Origin: Macrostomum hystrix
Taxonomy: Eukaryota > Animalia > Platyhelminthes
DNA length: 64,000 nucleotides
NCBI GenBank assembly: GCA_950097015.1
Contig: CATNEN010000037.1
Span: 4,030,001 to 4,094,000 of the forward strand
Direction of reading: 5' to 3'
Part shown: positions 12,801-27,500 of the stretch, in pieces
Layout of the letters: the number at the start of each line of letters is the position of its first letter
Numbering within the stretch: the first letter of the stretch is position 1
Notes under the pieces: generated by a model
What the model was told of the DNA's origin: nothing
The model's input: the letters and a program-made list of their open reading frames with translations, nothing else
Database searches by the model: none
Made by a program: the position numbers and the translations under genes

Positions 12801-13466
12801 CTCAGGTAGTTCACGTACTTTACCAGCTGACTCTCAGTCTCCGAGTCTTGTATTTCAAATAGTTGGCCATCAGTTCCACAAGATGTCGAGGCGCTCGCAC
12901 TGTCGAAGTTTATATTACCATCGACCCTGTAGATGCACTTGTTCACGTAGACCACTGGCTTCCAGGCGTCCGAAATGCCAGGACAGGTGGTCTGCGGAGG
13001 GAGCAGTGGCGATATATGTCAAAAGAATCCGTCTTTAATGGCTGGGCTATTATCAGGGTGGATGAAGTGCGCAGCTCACCAAGTTCCACAATGATCCGGC
13101 ATTGTTTGGAGTGGAAGTTCCACCAGAAGAGCCCTCGGATGAGATGACGTCCCAGCGCTCACAGTTGGTCCGGCAGCACGGCGTTGAGTTGGCGTACAGG
13201 CGTACACATTCACAGTCAAACGAGCCTCCGAGGGCGCCGGGAAGCATCTGCACCGCGTCGAAGCTCTTCTTTGTCTTGGCGCACTCAACAATGCACGATA
13301 GGCGCGTCGGAGAGCCTAGAAATCTGGCTTGAGCGGCGGACTCTGCTAGGCAGGCGTTCTGGCGAAGCCTTAACACCGCGGCGACATTCTCGGAGCTGGC
13401 GGGCGCTGGGAGACAGGACAAACAGACAACAGCCGACCAAGTCAACAGCAGATGGTGGCAGTCCAT
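9891..13466 (-). CDS. Secreted protein: signal peptide, Cys-rich PAN/apple-like N-terminal module and four divergent C-type-lectin-like domains. Exons 13466-13080, 12991-~12724 (donor uncertain, alternative ~12701), 12454-12167, 12088-11862, 11401-10810, 10048-9891
   Basis: Hydrophobic leader MDCHHLLLTWSAVVCLSCLPAPASS. CTLD-type motifs: CP..W....NKCIY, LFEIQDSETESQL, VWISN, CIAL...ECTLAYRSICQ, CP...FLCFYY, CAAMGGSMAELQSQE, FWVN...GNCVAI...SCGSWQGCICEK. Every junction can be joined in phase with GT-AG. Confidence 0.8.
10244..10783 (-). mobile_element. ~540-bp non-autonomous dispersed element (copy 1) with 12-bp subterminal inverted repeats and a terminal palindrome; Helentron/DINE-like or MITE
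   Basis: AAGACCACGGGG (10257-10268) and CCCCGTGGTCTT (10768-10779) are perfect inverted repeats. TTTCCCC-T-GGGGAAA palindrome at 10244-10258. Colinear similarity to 53345-53851. Confidence 0.7.
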
Positions 13467-14552
13467 GGGAAATGCTGGGCAGCAAGTAGAAGATTGAGAT
13501 TCTCGCCTAAAAGCTTCTGTAACTAAGATGACTTGAGTACGACATACCACCGCATATTTTATGCAACCAGACACTTGAAAATCAGCATGGCAACCAATTT
13601 TTTGTCCTTGCATACACATGGTGCACAATCGATCAGTTGCTGTGGTTACTGGGACGCCAAATTAGACGAATAGCTAAAGCTATTGTTCTTGAATGTGTCA
13701 TCGACGTGTAATTCACTGCAGTGGCACTCAGCTTTTCCCATTATGCTGCGCTTCAGTATGTGATTTTGCTAGATTTCTGGCATCAACACAGTCGCAATCA
13801 AAACAATCCGGAACCCCTCCATCGCTCCATCGTGACTCTTAATTGGTTGATTAACGCATTGTTCCTGTATGAAGTGTATCTGTGCCGGATCCAACTATAA
13901 ACAATGGAGTCACATTGACGATCGGGTCGATAGTGCAAGTTTTATCTTAGAAGATCTGAGAAAACTAATAATGAAATGCGTGCGTAGCCATAATACAAAT
14001 GAAATAAAACTATGTAAGCCCATTTAGCAGAGCTGATTTATAAACATGGATATGCCACACTTGCTACTCATGGGTAGCGCGAAATATACTTAACTCAGTC
14101 ATTTCCAAGGATGGGAAGTGACTTTCCATGCAGACAAAAAATTCCCTCTCGCTTACCCGCTTACCTTGGAGATTAACATTGCAGCACTGCAAAAGCAAAG
14201 ACCCCAGCATCCCCGTAGACTTCCTGGGCATTGTTCCACACTGGAGGCAAGCGGGTAGACACACGACAAGAAACTACAACGACAAGCCCCACTACCTGAG
14301 TGAGGGCTCATTTGGAGTTGTAGCTGGAGAGGGACAATTGACGGCCAACGATGAAGCTGCAAATTTGAAGAAGCAGTAGCATGCGAGGAGATGGAGACAA
14401 TTCCCTTCTTCTAGCCCCTAATTTTATGCCCCGTGCTCCAGTCCCTCCCTGTCTTCTGTCTCTATGTTTCTGGCTGCATTGTTTGAATAAAAGCAACAGC
14501 CGATGCTTGGACGCCCTGTGCTAATTCTAATCCAATACCTCTGGACACCTTG

Positions 14553-14777
14553 GTAAGTGTGCTGTTTCTACTATCGGGCCTCGACCCGCTGCACACACTC
14601 ACACAGGTGAGTGTGCTGAAGGACTTGGTTGTGAGACTGTGAGAGTCGGAGGAGCTTCCACTCAACCGCCTGGGATTTTAGACAACTCAAAGCTAAGTTG
14701 TGGAATTTTTTGACTGAGTAAAAGACTAAGAAACCTTAAAGCTTGTACTGCTTGTACTGCAAACTTCGCTATTCCAG
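14553..14777 (+). other. Probable 5'-UTR intron (or trans-splice acceptor) just upstream of the K2P start codon
   Basis: Consensus donor TG|GTAAGT at 14553; pyrimidine-rich TTCCAG acceptor ending at 14777, 5 nt before the ATG at 14783. Confidence 0.5.
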
Positions 14778-14782
14778 GCAAA

Positions 14783-17433
14783 ATGTATACAAATGGCGGC
14801 TTCGAGGCTGGGACCTTCGGCGATGTTGGCAAGTCGTCCGCCGGCTTCGACGTCAGGCGCAGCGGCGGCTTTCGCACAACGGCGCTCAACGGGGACGACT
14901 TTGGCAGCGCCGGTGGCGGTGGTTTCGGCGGCTTCGAGGCTGATAAGCGGCGATTGGCCAGCGGCAGGAAGCCAGAGCTGATGTCGGAGAATTCCGCCAA
15001 CGATGCCGACGTTGTTGAAGACGATCAGCAGGAGAAGAAGAGCAACGTCAAGAGCTGCATGAAGCGCTTCTCCTCCATCATGCTGTCTCACCTGGGCACA
15101 TTTCTCCTCGTGCTGCTCTACGTCCTGATGGGCGGCTTTCTGTTCTGGTATCTGGAGGTAGAGAACGAGATTTCCAGCTGCAAGACCAAGTCAGAAAAGT
15201 TCATTGTAAAGCTGCAGGAGGCCGTTGATCGCATCTACAACATGGCCCAGGGTAGCAACGCCACCCAGTCCAAAGCGGCCATTCTGGAAGAGATGAACAG
15301 CTTTGCGCAGGACATTTTCACTCTAGGCGTTGATCCCTCCCTAAACTGCACCGCCTACAGCACGGGCGAGGCCCTGCCCAACTGGAATGTGGTTAACGCG
15401 GCCTACTTCTGCGTCACAATTGTTACCACGATAGGTGAGAACTGGATAATGGAGCCGCCTGGTAAATAGGCAATGAGTAATCCTGTTTGAATATCTCCCT
15501 GCAGGCTACGGTCACATCAGCCCGGTCACCCAGTGGGGGCAGATCGTGTGCATGATCTACGCCATCCTGGGCATCCCGCTCATGCTGCTGTTCCTATCCA
15601 AGATCGGCGAGCCAACAGCCATGCTGTTTCGCAGCTTCTATCTGAACATCTTCTGCTGCAAGTGCTTCGTTAAGAAACTTCCAAATGAGAGCAAACTGAT
15701 GGAGGCCCTGCAGGAGAACGGTGGCAACGCGCAGACCACCTGGCAGCAGGTGGAAGAAGGCGACGGCAAGAGGCCGCCTGCGAAGGTGATCGATGAGCGG
15801 GAAAAATCGGTGCCCTTTAAAAACCCCTTTATCACACTAAATTAGGGGTCGGCAAACTCCAGCAAACTCCAGCGGGCAGGATGCGGCCCTCGAAGCTCCC
15901 AAATCCGGCCCGTTGCCCCTTCCGACACCTACAGTATCCTGTCTCATCTCTCCCGTGTCTCATCTCTCCCGTGTCTCATGTCTCCCGTACCTCATCTCTC
16001 CCGTGCCTCATGTCTCCCGAGTCTCATTGCTCCCGTGCCTCATCTCTTCTGAGTCTCATCTCTCGTGTGTCTCATCTCTCCCGTGTCACATCTCTCGCGT
16101 GGTCATCTCTCCGGTGTCTCATCTCTCCGGTGTCTCATCTCTCCGGTGTCTCATCTCTCCCGTGTCTCATGTCTCCCGTACCTCATCTCTCCCGTGCCTC
16201 ATGTCTCCCGAGTCTCATTGCTCCCGTGCCTCATCTCTTCTGAGTCTCATCTCTCGCGTGTCTCATCTCACCCGTGTCTCACCTCTCGTGTCTTATCTCT
16301 CCGGTGTCTCGTTTCTCTCGTGTCTCCTATTTCTACAGTCAATGCGGCCTGCTGTCGTCTTTTAGGTTCTAATCTTTTTGGCCCGCTTGCTAATAAGTTT
16401 ACCGACCCCTGCACAAAATCAAACCATCACGCTTTTAGTACTCTGACCATCTCTAGCCGAACCTCATTTCCTGTAAAAAACAACAGATCACCGTCGTGGA
16501 CGATAACGAAGAAGAAGAAGAGGAAGAAGAAGAGGACGAGGTGGTGAACATCCCCATCACTGTCACCATCATCCTGCTGATCCTCTACATCCTGCTGGGA
16601 GCGGCTGTATTCCTGGTCTGGGAGAAGGAGTGGACCCTGGTCGAAGGCACTTATTTTTCCTTCATCACACTGAGCACAATTGGATTTGGCGACTACGTGC
16701 CCGGCAGGAATGGGCCCTTCAATGATGTAAGAGTCCTTTTGATTGTGTTACTGCTCTGAACTGCTCAATTGGTTGAACTCCTTTGCGACTTCTTTGGCAG
16801 CCTCTTTTGCTGAAATTTCGCACTTTCTCAATGGCCACTTTCGAACTTGGAATGAGGTCCTATCTGGCTCTCTCCCAGCGATAGTCGTCACGCAGAGCAC
16901 CTCAGCTAAATCGATTTTCAGCTGTCAGTATTTAATAGCCAGTAAAAATTCTCTGCATCAACATCAAAGTGGTTGAGAATTCAGTTTTATCTGTATGCTC
17001 ACCTTCCTCCGGAGGAGGAGTTCCCTCAAATGGAACTGAAACAACAAGTTAACAATTTGCTGAAAATATCACAACTCTTCAGCTATCAGTGATCACGGAG
17101 CTCATTGTGGGCTGCATCTACTGCCTGTTCGGCCTGGCCATGCTGTCAATGTGCATCAACCTCATCCAGGACGAGATGCAGGCCAAGTTCGTCTGGCTGG
17201 GCCGCAAGATCGGCATGATCAAGAAGGTGCCAATCGAAGAACTAGAAGACGGTGATGAAGAGGACGGCGACGAGGACGGCAGCGGGAGTAGCGACAGCGG
17301 CAGCGGCAGCGAGGAGGATAACGACGAATTTGAAGATGCCAAGTCGAGCAAAACTAGCTCGTCCGCGGCTCCAAGCTCCGCAGCTACTCAAAGCAGGGAT
17401 CGCGAGCGCAGCGCTGCCAGCAGCTTTGCCTGA
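14783..17433 (+). CDS. Two-pore-domain potassium channel (K2P/TWiK family). Exons 14783-15434, 15505-15785, 16487-16726, 17083-17433
   Basis: M1 LGTFLLVLLYVLMGGFLFWYLE; P1 WNVVNAAYFCVTIVTTIG|YGHISPVT; M2 CMIYAILGIPL; M3 IPITVTIILLILYILLGAAVF; P2 WTLVEGTYFSFITLSTIGFGDYVPG; M4 YCLFGLAMLSMCINLIQ. Junction phases are consistent. Confidence 0.95.
15940..16325. repeat. 16-bp pyrimidine-rich minisatellite (GTCTCATCTCTCCCGT) in K2P intron 2
   Basis: Direct tandem repetition with a duplicated block of variant units. Confidence 0.9.
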
Positions 17434-18579
17434 CTGGCTGACTGAAACAAATCGACTTTTCACAATGCTGAGTACGAGTATATAAGCAACTGCTCCTCAT
17501 AAGAATCGATTGTTGTGGGTCTTGAGCTCTATCGTTGTTGGGTAAAGAGGATCTTTTATGCATAACGAAGGGGTCCGTAGTCTTAGAAAGTGATTTTCTG
17601 GCTTAAAGTGTCTACGGCACGCTCTCTTTTTCAGAATTCAATTTTTTACACGCCTAAATAGATTCTCTATCTTTCTTGCTGCTCATTATTTTTAGATTTT
17701 TCACTGTTCAGCGAATATTCGCACTCCTGTAAAGAATCTAATAGCTTTTGAGGGAACAAAAAGATAAATTTCCAAGTAGCATTGACACAGAAACAGTTAC
17801 ATTATGACTAGCAAAAGTCGTTGGGCATTTTTAGCTTCCTAAGCAGCCCACTCCAATTCTCCCAGCTTCCTCATCGCGTATTCTGTTGCCATGACAAGTG
17901 AACAACAAAACTTGTAAGCTCCTCAAAACTCCCCAACACCAACAACGCCGCAACGCAGCAAGGAAAATCATTAAAACTGCATTCAGTGGCAGCTTTGGCA
18001 CAGACTCAATGACAACGCGATGGAAGGCTTTAGACGCTTAAAAAATAGGCAGCTGGCGCCCACAGCTGGCTCAGTCTGAGTTTAGAGTTAACTCCAGTGT
18101 TAACGACTGAGCCCATTGTTTAAACTACTTTTCAATTTTTTCTAAAAACACATTTCTTAAAAAAAGGCGCTTGATGGTTGACGGACACTGGTTCTCTGTT
18201 GCGCTTACCGAAGAGGGGCAAAAAATGCTCATCTATATACTGAGAGTAGAAATGCTTGAAAATGCTGGAATATTTTAAAACACAGTTTTACTTAAAGACA
18301 AAATAAGCACTGAACCGGAAGTAGTGAGAAGCAGAAATTAAGCTTTGGCTTGAAACTGAAAGATAAAAAACGCGAAATTCATTTTCACATCCTTGCTAGA
18401 CATCTACTTAGGACAACGATTGCAGGATAATTTTTAAGCATTTTTGCTTGTCAAAGGCCTTCAGGACACTTTACTACTCGTAGAAAGATTAGGCTAGCCA
18501 ATGAGAAAACTGTAGTTCTATACATGCTTTCGAAAGCCCAGCGAAAGCTTAAGAAACCAGGTGCTTTGCTTCAAGTACA

Positions 18580-21500
18580 ATGATACAAGCTGAACAACAG
18601 AAACAAAAGGTCTTAAAAACAGCCTCCAATTTGGAGACTCCGGTTGTCAACTCGGCGATCAGCATGCCGACTCAAAGTCCTAAATCGAACACTAACCCTA
18701 ACCCTAACCCTAACCCTAGCCCTAACCCTAGCCCAAACCCTAACCATAATACTAATCCTAATCCCATCACTATGCCTGTGCCAAATCCACAATTCAAGTC
18801 AGCCCAAGTCGACAGCGTTGGCGTCGGCGCTGACCTCGCGCACACCTTCCGTCTATTCGCTGGCAGCACCACGGCGCACGGGTTCCGGCACTTGAACCAC
18901 CCGATCCGGGCTGCGCAAGCCGCTTGGCTGGCCCTCATCGTCGCTGCTTTCATCGCCTTCACCGTCCACCTGTCGCTGCTGGCTGTGAAATTTCGTGAAC
19001 AACCGATCAGCACAAAGATCAGCCCGAAGGGGAGCCACTACGAGCCGCCTGACATTACCGTCTGCAACCGGATGATGTTCGCCATCAGCCGCGTCTTCAA
19101 CGGCTCCTCTGGCAACGGCAGCAGCGACGGTAGCGGCATGGAAATCAGTAGCAGATTCAGGTAAAACTTTCTGCTGCCGATCTGACAATCTGCAGGCGAA
19201 GGATTAAGTCACTGTAATCCAAGTGACCCGGATTGAGAATCCGAATGACCCGGATTGAGAATCCGAATGACCCGGATTGAGAATCCGAATGATCTGGATT
19301 GAGTATCGAAATGATCTAGATTGAGAATCCGAATGACCCGGATTGAGAATCCAAATGATCTACATTAAGAATCCAAATGATCTAGATTGAGAATCCAAAT
19401 GATCTGGATTGAGAATCCAAATGATCTAGATTGAGAATCCGAATGATCTAGATTGAGAATCCGAATGATCTAGATTGAGAATCCAAATGATCTGGATTGA
19501 GAATCCAAATGATCTGGATTGAGAATCCAAATGATCTGGATTGAGAATCCAAATGATCTAGATTGAGAATCCGAATGATCTAGATTGAGAATCCGAATGA
19601 TCTGGATTGAGAATCCAAATGATCTAGATTGAGAATCCGAATGATCTGGATTGAGAATCCGAATGATCTAGATTGAGAATCCAAATGATCTGGATTGAGA
19701 ATTCGAATGACCTAGATTGAGAATCCAAGTGATCCGGATTGAGAATCCGAATGACCCATATTGAGAATCCGAATGATCTAGATTGAGAATCCGAATGATC
19801 TAGATTGAGAATCCGAATGATCTAGATTGAGAATCCAAAAAATCTGGATTGAGAATTCGAATGACCCAGATTGAGAATCCAAGTGATCCGGATTGAGAAT
19901 CCCAATGATCTAGATTGAGAATCCGAATGATCTAGATTGAGAATCCGAATGATCTAGATTGAGAATTCGAATGACCCAGATTGAGAATCCAAGTGATCCG
20001 GATTGAGAATCCGAATGCCCGGATTGAGAATCCAAGTGATCCGGATTGAGAATTCGAATGACCCAGATTGAGAATCCAAGTGATCCGGATTGAGAATTCG
20101 AATGACCCAGATTGAGAATCCAAGTGATCCGGATTGAGAATCCAAGTGATCCGGATTGAGAATCCAAGTGATCCGGATTGAGAATCCAAGTGATCCGGAT
20201 TGAGAATCCGAATGACCCGGATTGAGAATCCAAGTGATCCGGATTGAGAATCCGAATGCCCGGATTGAGAATCCAAGTGATCCATATTGAGAATCCGAAT
20301 GACCCATATTGAGAATCCAAGTGATCCGGATTGAGAATCCGAATGATCTGGATTGAGAATCGAAATGATCTGGATTGAGAATCCGAATGACCCGGATTGA
20401 GAACCCAAATGATCTAGATTGAGAATCCAAATGATCTAGATTGAGAATCCAAATGATCCGGATTGAGAATCCGAATGACCCATATTGAGAATCCAAGTGA
20501 TCCGGATTGAGAATCCGAATGATCTGGATTGAGAATCGAAATGATCTGGATTGAGAATCCGAATGACCCGGATTGAGAACCCAAATGATCTGGATTGAGA
20601 ATCCAAGTGATCCGGATTGAGAATCCGAATGACCCATATTGAGAATCCAAGTGATCCGGATTGAGAATCCGAATGACCCAGATTGAGAATCCAAGTGATC
20701 CGGATTAAGAATCCAAATGATCTAGATTGAGAATCCAAATGATCTAGATTGAGAATCCAATTGATCTAGATTGAGAATCCGAATGATCTAGATTGAGAAT
20801 CCGAATGATCTAGATTGAGAATCCGAATGATCTGGATTGAGAATCCAAATGATCTGGATTGAGAATCCAAATTATCTGGATTGAGAATCCGAATGATCTA
20901 GATTGAGAATCCGAATGATCTAGATTGAGAATCCAAATGATCTAGATTGAGAATCCAATTGATCTAGATTGAGAATCCGAATGATCTAGATTGAGAATCC
21001 GAATGACACGGATTGAGAATCCAAGTGATCCGGATTGAGAATTCGAATGACCCAGATTGAGAATCCAAGTGATCCGGATTGAGAATCCGAATGACCCATA
21101 TTGAGAATCCAAGTGATCCGGATTGAGAATCCAAATGATCCGGATTGAGAATTCGAATGACCCAGATTGAGAATCCAAGTGATCCGGATTGAGAATCCGA
21201 ATGATCTGGATTGAGAATCGAAATGATCTGGATTGTGAATCCGAATGACCCGGATTGAGAATCCAAATGATCTACATTAAGAATCCAAATGATCTTGATT
21301 GAGAATCCGAATGATCTAGATTGAGAATCCGAATGATCTGGATTGAGAATCCAAATGATCTAGATTGAGAATCCGAATGATCTGGATTGAGAATCCGAAT
21401 GATCTAGATTGAGAATCCAAATGATCTGGATTGAGAATTCGAATGACCTAGATTGAGAATCCAAGTGATCCGGATTGAGAATCCGAATGATCTGGATTGA

Positions 21501-24500
21501 GAATCCGAATGATCTAGATTGAGAATCCGAATGATCTAGATTGAGAATCCGAATGACCCAGATTGAGAATCCAAGTGATCCGGATTGAGAATTCGAATGT
21601 CCCAGATTGAGAATCCAAGTGATCCGGATTGAGAATCCAAGTGATCCGGATTGAGAATCCAAGTGATCCGGATTGAGAATCCAAGTGATCCGGATTGAGA
21701 ATCCGAATGACCCGGATTGAGAATCCAAGTGATCCGAATTGAGAATCTGAATGACCCATATTGAGAATCCAAGTGATCCGGATTGAGAATCCGAATGCCC
21801 GGATTGAGAATCCAAGTGATCCATATTGAGAATCCGAATGACCCATATTGAGAATCCAAGTGATCCGGATTGAGAATCCGAATGATCTGGATTGAGAATC
21901 GAAATGATCTGGATTGAGAATCCGAATGACCCGGATTGAGAACCCAAATGATCTAGATTGAGAATCCAAATGATCTAGATTGAGAATCCAAATGATCCGG
22001 ATTGAGAATCCAAGTGATCCGGATTGAGAATCCGAATGACCCAGATTGAGAATCCAAGTGATCCGGATTGAGAATCCGAATGACCCAGATTGAGAATCCA
22101 AGTGATCCGGATTGAGAATCCGAATGATCTAGATTGAGAATCCAAGTGATCCGGATTGAGAATCCAAATGATCTAGATTGAGAATCCAAATGATCCGGAT
22201 TGAGAATTCGAATGATCCGGATTGAGAATCCAAGTGATCCGGATTGAGAATCCGAATGACCCGGATTGAGAATCCAAGTGATCCGAATTGAGAATCCGAA
22301 TGACCCATATTGAGAATCCAAGTGATCCGGATTGAGAATCCGAATGCCCGGATTGAGAATCCGAATGACCCATATTGAGAATCCAAGTGATCCGGATTGA
22401 GAATCCGAATGACCCATATTGAGAATCCAAGTGATCCGGATTAAGAATCCAAATGATCTAGATTGAGAATCCAAATGATCTAGATTGAGAATCCAATTGA
22501 TCTAGATTGAGAATCCGAATGATCTAGATTGAGAATCCGAATGATCTAGATTGAGAATCCGAATGATCTGGATTGAGAATCCAAATGATCTGGATTGAGA
22601 ATCCAAATTCTCTGGATTGAGAATCCGAATGATCTAGATTGAGAATCCGAATGATCTAGATTGAGAATCCAAATGATCTAGATTGAGAATCCAATTGATC
22701 TAGATTGAGAATCCGAATGATCTAGATTGAGAATCCGAATGACACGGATTGAGAATCCAAGTGATCCGGATAGAGAATTCGAATGACCCATATTGAGAAT
22801 CCAAGTGATCCGGATTGAGAATCCAAATGATCCGGATTGAGAATTCGAATGACCCAGATTGAGAATCCAAGTGATCCGGATTGAGAATCCGAATGATCTG
22901 GATTGAGAATTGAAATGATCTGGATTGTGAATCCGAATGACCCGGATTGAGAACCCAAATGATCTGGATTGAGAATCCGAATGACCCGGATTGAGAATCC
23001 AAATGATCTACATTAAGAATCCAAATGATCTTGATTGAGAATCCAAGTGATCCGGATTGAGAATCCGAATGACCCGGATTGAGAATCCAAGTGATCCGGA
23101 TTGAGAATCCGAATGATCTGGATTGAGTATCGAAATGATCTAGATTGAGAATCCGAATGACCCGGATTGAGAATCCAAATGATCTACATTAAGAATCCAA
23201 ATGATCTAGATTGAGAATCCAATTGATCTAGATTGAGAATCCGAATGATCTAGATTGAGAATCCGAATGACACGGATTGAGAATCCAAGTGATCCGGATT
23301 GAGAATTCGAATGACCCAGATTGAGAATCCAAGTGATCCGGATTGAGAATCCGAATGACCCATATTGAGAATCCAAGTGATCCGGATTGAGAATCCAAAT
23401 GATCCGGATTGAGAATTCGAATGACCCAGATTGAGAATCCAAGTGATCCGGATTGAGAATCCGAATGATCTGGATTGAGAATCGAAATGATCTGGATTGT
23501 GAATCCGAATGACCCGGATTGAGAATCCAAATGATCTACATTAAGAATCCAAATGATCTTGATTGAGAATCCGAATGATCTAGATTGAGAATCCGAATGA
23601 TCTGGATTGAGAATCCAAATGATCTAGATTGAGAATCCGAATGATCTGGATTGAGAATCCGAATGATCTAGATTGAGAATCCAAATGATCTGGATTGAGA
23701 ATTCGAATGACCTAGATTGAGAATCCAAGTGATCCGGATTGAGAATCCGAATGATCTGGATTGAGAATCCGAATGATCTAGATTGAGAATCCGAATGATC
23801 TAGATTGAGAATCCGAATGATCTAGATTGAGAATCCAAATGATCTGGATTGAGAATTCGAATGACCCAGATTGAGAATCCAAGTGATCCGGATTGAGAAT
23901 CCGAATGATCTAGATTGAGAATCCGAATGATCTAGATTGAGAATCCGAATGATCTAGATTGAGAATTCGAATGACCCAGATTGAGAATCCAAGTGATCCG
24001 GATTGAGAATCCGAATGCCCGGATTGAGAATCCAAGTGATCCGGATTGAGAATTCGAATGACCCAGATTGAGAATCCAAGTGATCCGGATTGAGAATTCG
24101 AATGTCCCAGATTGAGAATCCAAGTGATCCGGATTGAGAATCCAAGTGATCCGGATTGAGAATCCAAGTGATCCGGATTGAGAATCCAAGTGATCCGGAT
24201 TGAGAATCCGAATGACCCGGATTGAGAATCCAAGTGATCCGAATTGAGAATCTGAATGACCCATATTGAGAATCCAAGTGATCCGGATTGAGAATCCGAA
24301 TGCCCGGATTGAGAATCCAAGTGATCCATATTGAGAATCCGAATGACCCATATTGAGAATCCAAGTGATCCGGATTGAGAATCCGAATGATCTGGATTGA
24401 GAATCGAAATGATCTGGATTGAGAATCCGAATGACCCGGATTGAGAACCCAAATGATCTAGATTGAGAATCCAAATGATCTAGATTGAGAATCCAAATGA

Positions 24501-27500
24501 TCCGGATTGAGAATCCAAGTGATCCGGATTGAGAATCCGAATGACCCAGATTGAGAATCCAAGTGATCCGGATTGAGAATCCGAATGACCCAGATTGAGA
24601 ATCCAAGTGATCCGGATTGAGAATCCGAATGATCTAGATTGAGAATCCAAGTGATCCGGATTGAGAATCCAAATGATCTAGATTGAGAATCCAAATGATC
24701 CGGATTGAGAATTCGAATGATCCGGATTGAGAATCCAAGTGATCCGGATTGAGAATCCGAATGACCCGGATTGAGAATCCAAGTGATCCGAATTGAGAAT
24801 CCGAATGACCCATATTGAGAATCCAAGTGATCCGGATTGAGAATCCGAATGCCCGGATTGAGAATCCGAATGACCCATATTGAGAATCCAAGTGATCCGG
24901 ATTGAGAATCCGAATGACCCATATTGAGAATCCAAGTGATCCGGATTAAGAATCCAAATGATCTAGATTGAGAATCCAAATGATCTAGATTGAGAATCCA
25001 ATTGATCTAGATTGAGAATCCGAATGATCTAGATTGAGAATCCGAATGATCTAGATTGAGAATCCGAATGATCTGGATTGAGAATCCAAATGATCTGGAT
25101 TGAGAATCCAAATTCTCTGGATTGAGAATCCGAATGATCTAGATTGAGAATCCGAATGATCTAGATTGAGAATCCAAATGATCTAGATTGAGAATCCAAT
25201 TGATCTAGATTGAGAATCCGAATGATCTAGATTGAGAATCCGAATGACACGGATTGAGAATCCAAGTGATCCGGATAGAGAATTCGAATGACCCAGATTG
25301 AGAATCCAAGTGATCCGGATTGAGAATCCGAATGACCCATATTGAGAATCCAAGTGATCCGGATTGAGAATCCAAATGATCCGGATTGAGAATTCGAATG
25401 ACGCAGATTGAGAATCCAAGTGATCCGGATTGAGAATCCGAATGATCTGGATTGAGAATTGAAATGATCTGGATTGTGAATCCGAATGACCCGGATTGAG
25501 AACCCAAATGATCTGGATTGAGAATCCGAATGACCCGGATTGAGAATCCAAATGATCTACATTAAGAATCCAAATGATCTTGATTGAGAATCCAAGTGAT
25601 CCGGATTGAGAATCCGAATGACCCGGATTGAGAATCCAAGTGATCCGGATTGAGAATCCGAATGATCTGGATTGAGTATCGAAATGATCTAGATTGAGAA
25701 TCCGAATGACCCGGATTGAGAATCCAAATGATCTACATTAAGAATCCAAATGATCTAGATTGAGAATCCAATTGATCTAGATTGAGAATCCGAATGATCT
25801 AGATTGAGAATCCGAATGACACGGATTGAGAATCCAAGTGATCCGGATTGAGAATTCGAATGACCCAGATTGAGAATCCAAGTGATCCGGATTGAGAATC
25901 CGAATGACCCATATTGAGAATCCAAGTGATCCGGATTGAGAATCCAAATGATCCGGATTGAGAATTCGAATGACCCAGATTGAGAATCCAAGTGATCCGG
26001 ATTGAGAATCCGAATGATCTGGATTGAGAATCGAAATGATCTGGATTGTGAATCCGAATGACCCGGATTGAGAATCCAAATGATCTACATTAAGAATCCA
26101 AATGATCTTGATTGAGAATCCGAATGATCTAGATTGAGAATCCGAATGATCTGGATTGAGAATCCAAATGATCTAGATTGAGAATCCGAATGATCTGGAT
26201 TGAGAATCCGAATGATCTAGATTGAGAATCCAAATGATCTGGATTGAGAATTCGAATGACCTAGATTGAGAATCCAAGTGATCCGGATTGAGAATCCGAA
26301 TGATCTGGATTGAGAATCCGAATGATCTAGATTGAGAATCCGAATGATCTAGATTGAGAATCCGAATGATCTAGATTGAGAATCCAAATGATCTGGATTG
26401 AGAATTCGAATGACCCAGATTGAGAATCCAAGTGATCCGGATTGAGAATCCGAATGATCTAGATTGAGAATCCGAATGATCTAGATTGAGAATCCGAATG
26501 ATCTAGATTGAGAATTCGAATGACCCAGATTGAGAATCCAAGTGATCCGGATTGAGAATCCGAATGCCCGGATTGAGAATCCAAGTGATCCGGATTGAGA
26601 ATTTGAATGACCCAGATTGAGAATCCAAGTGATCCGGATTGAGAATTCGAATGTCCCAGATTGAGAATCCAAGTGATCCGGATTGAGAATCCAAGTGATC
26701 CGGATTGAGAATCCAAGTGATCCGGATTGAGAATCCAAGTGATCCGGATTGAGAATCCGAATGACCCGGATTGAGAATCCAAGTGATCCGAATTGAGAAT
26801 CTGAATGACCCATATTGAGAATCCAAGTGATCCGGATTGAGAATCCGAATGCCCGGATTGAGAATCCAAGTGATCCATATTGAGAATCCGAATGACCCAT
26901 ATTGAGAATCCAAGTGATCCGGATTGAGAATCCGAATGATCTGGATTGAGAATCGAAATGATCTGGATTGAGAATCCGAATGACCCGGATTGAGAACCCA
27001 AATGATCTAGATTGAGAATCTAAATGATCTAGATTGAGAATCCAAATGATCCGGATTGAGAATCCAAGTGATCCGGATTGAGAATCCGAATGACCCAGAT
27101 TGAGAATCCAAGTGATCCGGATTGAGAATCCGAATGACCCAGATTGAGAATCCAAGTGATCCGGATTGAGAATCCGAATGATCTAGATTGAGAATCCAAG
27201 TGATCCGGATTGAGAATCCAAATGATCTAGATTGAGAATCCAAATGATCCGGATTGAGAATTCGAATGATCCGGATTGAGAATCCAAGTGATCCGGATTG
27301 AGAATCCGAATGACCCGGATTGAGAATCCAAGTGATCCGAATTGAGAATCCGAATGACCCATATTGAGAATCCAAGTGATCCGGATTGAGAATCCGAATG
27401 CCCGGATTGAGAATCCGAATGACCCATATTGAGAATCCAAGTGATCCGGATTGAGAATCCGAATGACCCATATTGAGAATCCAAGTGATCCGGATTAAGA

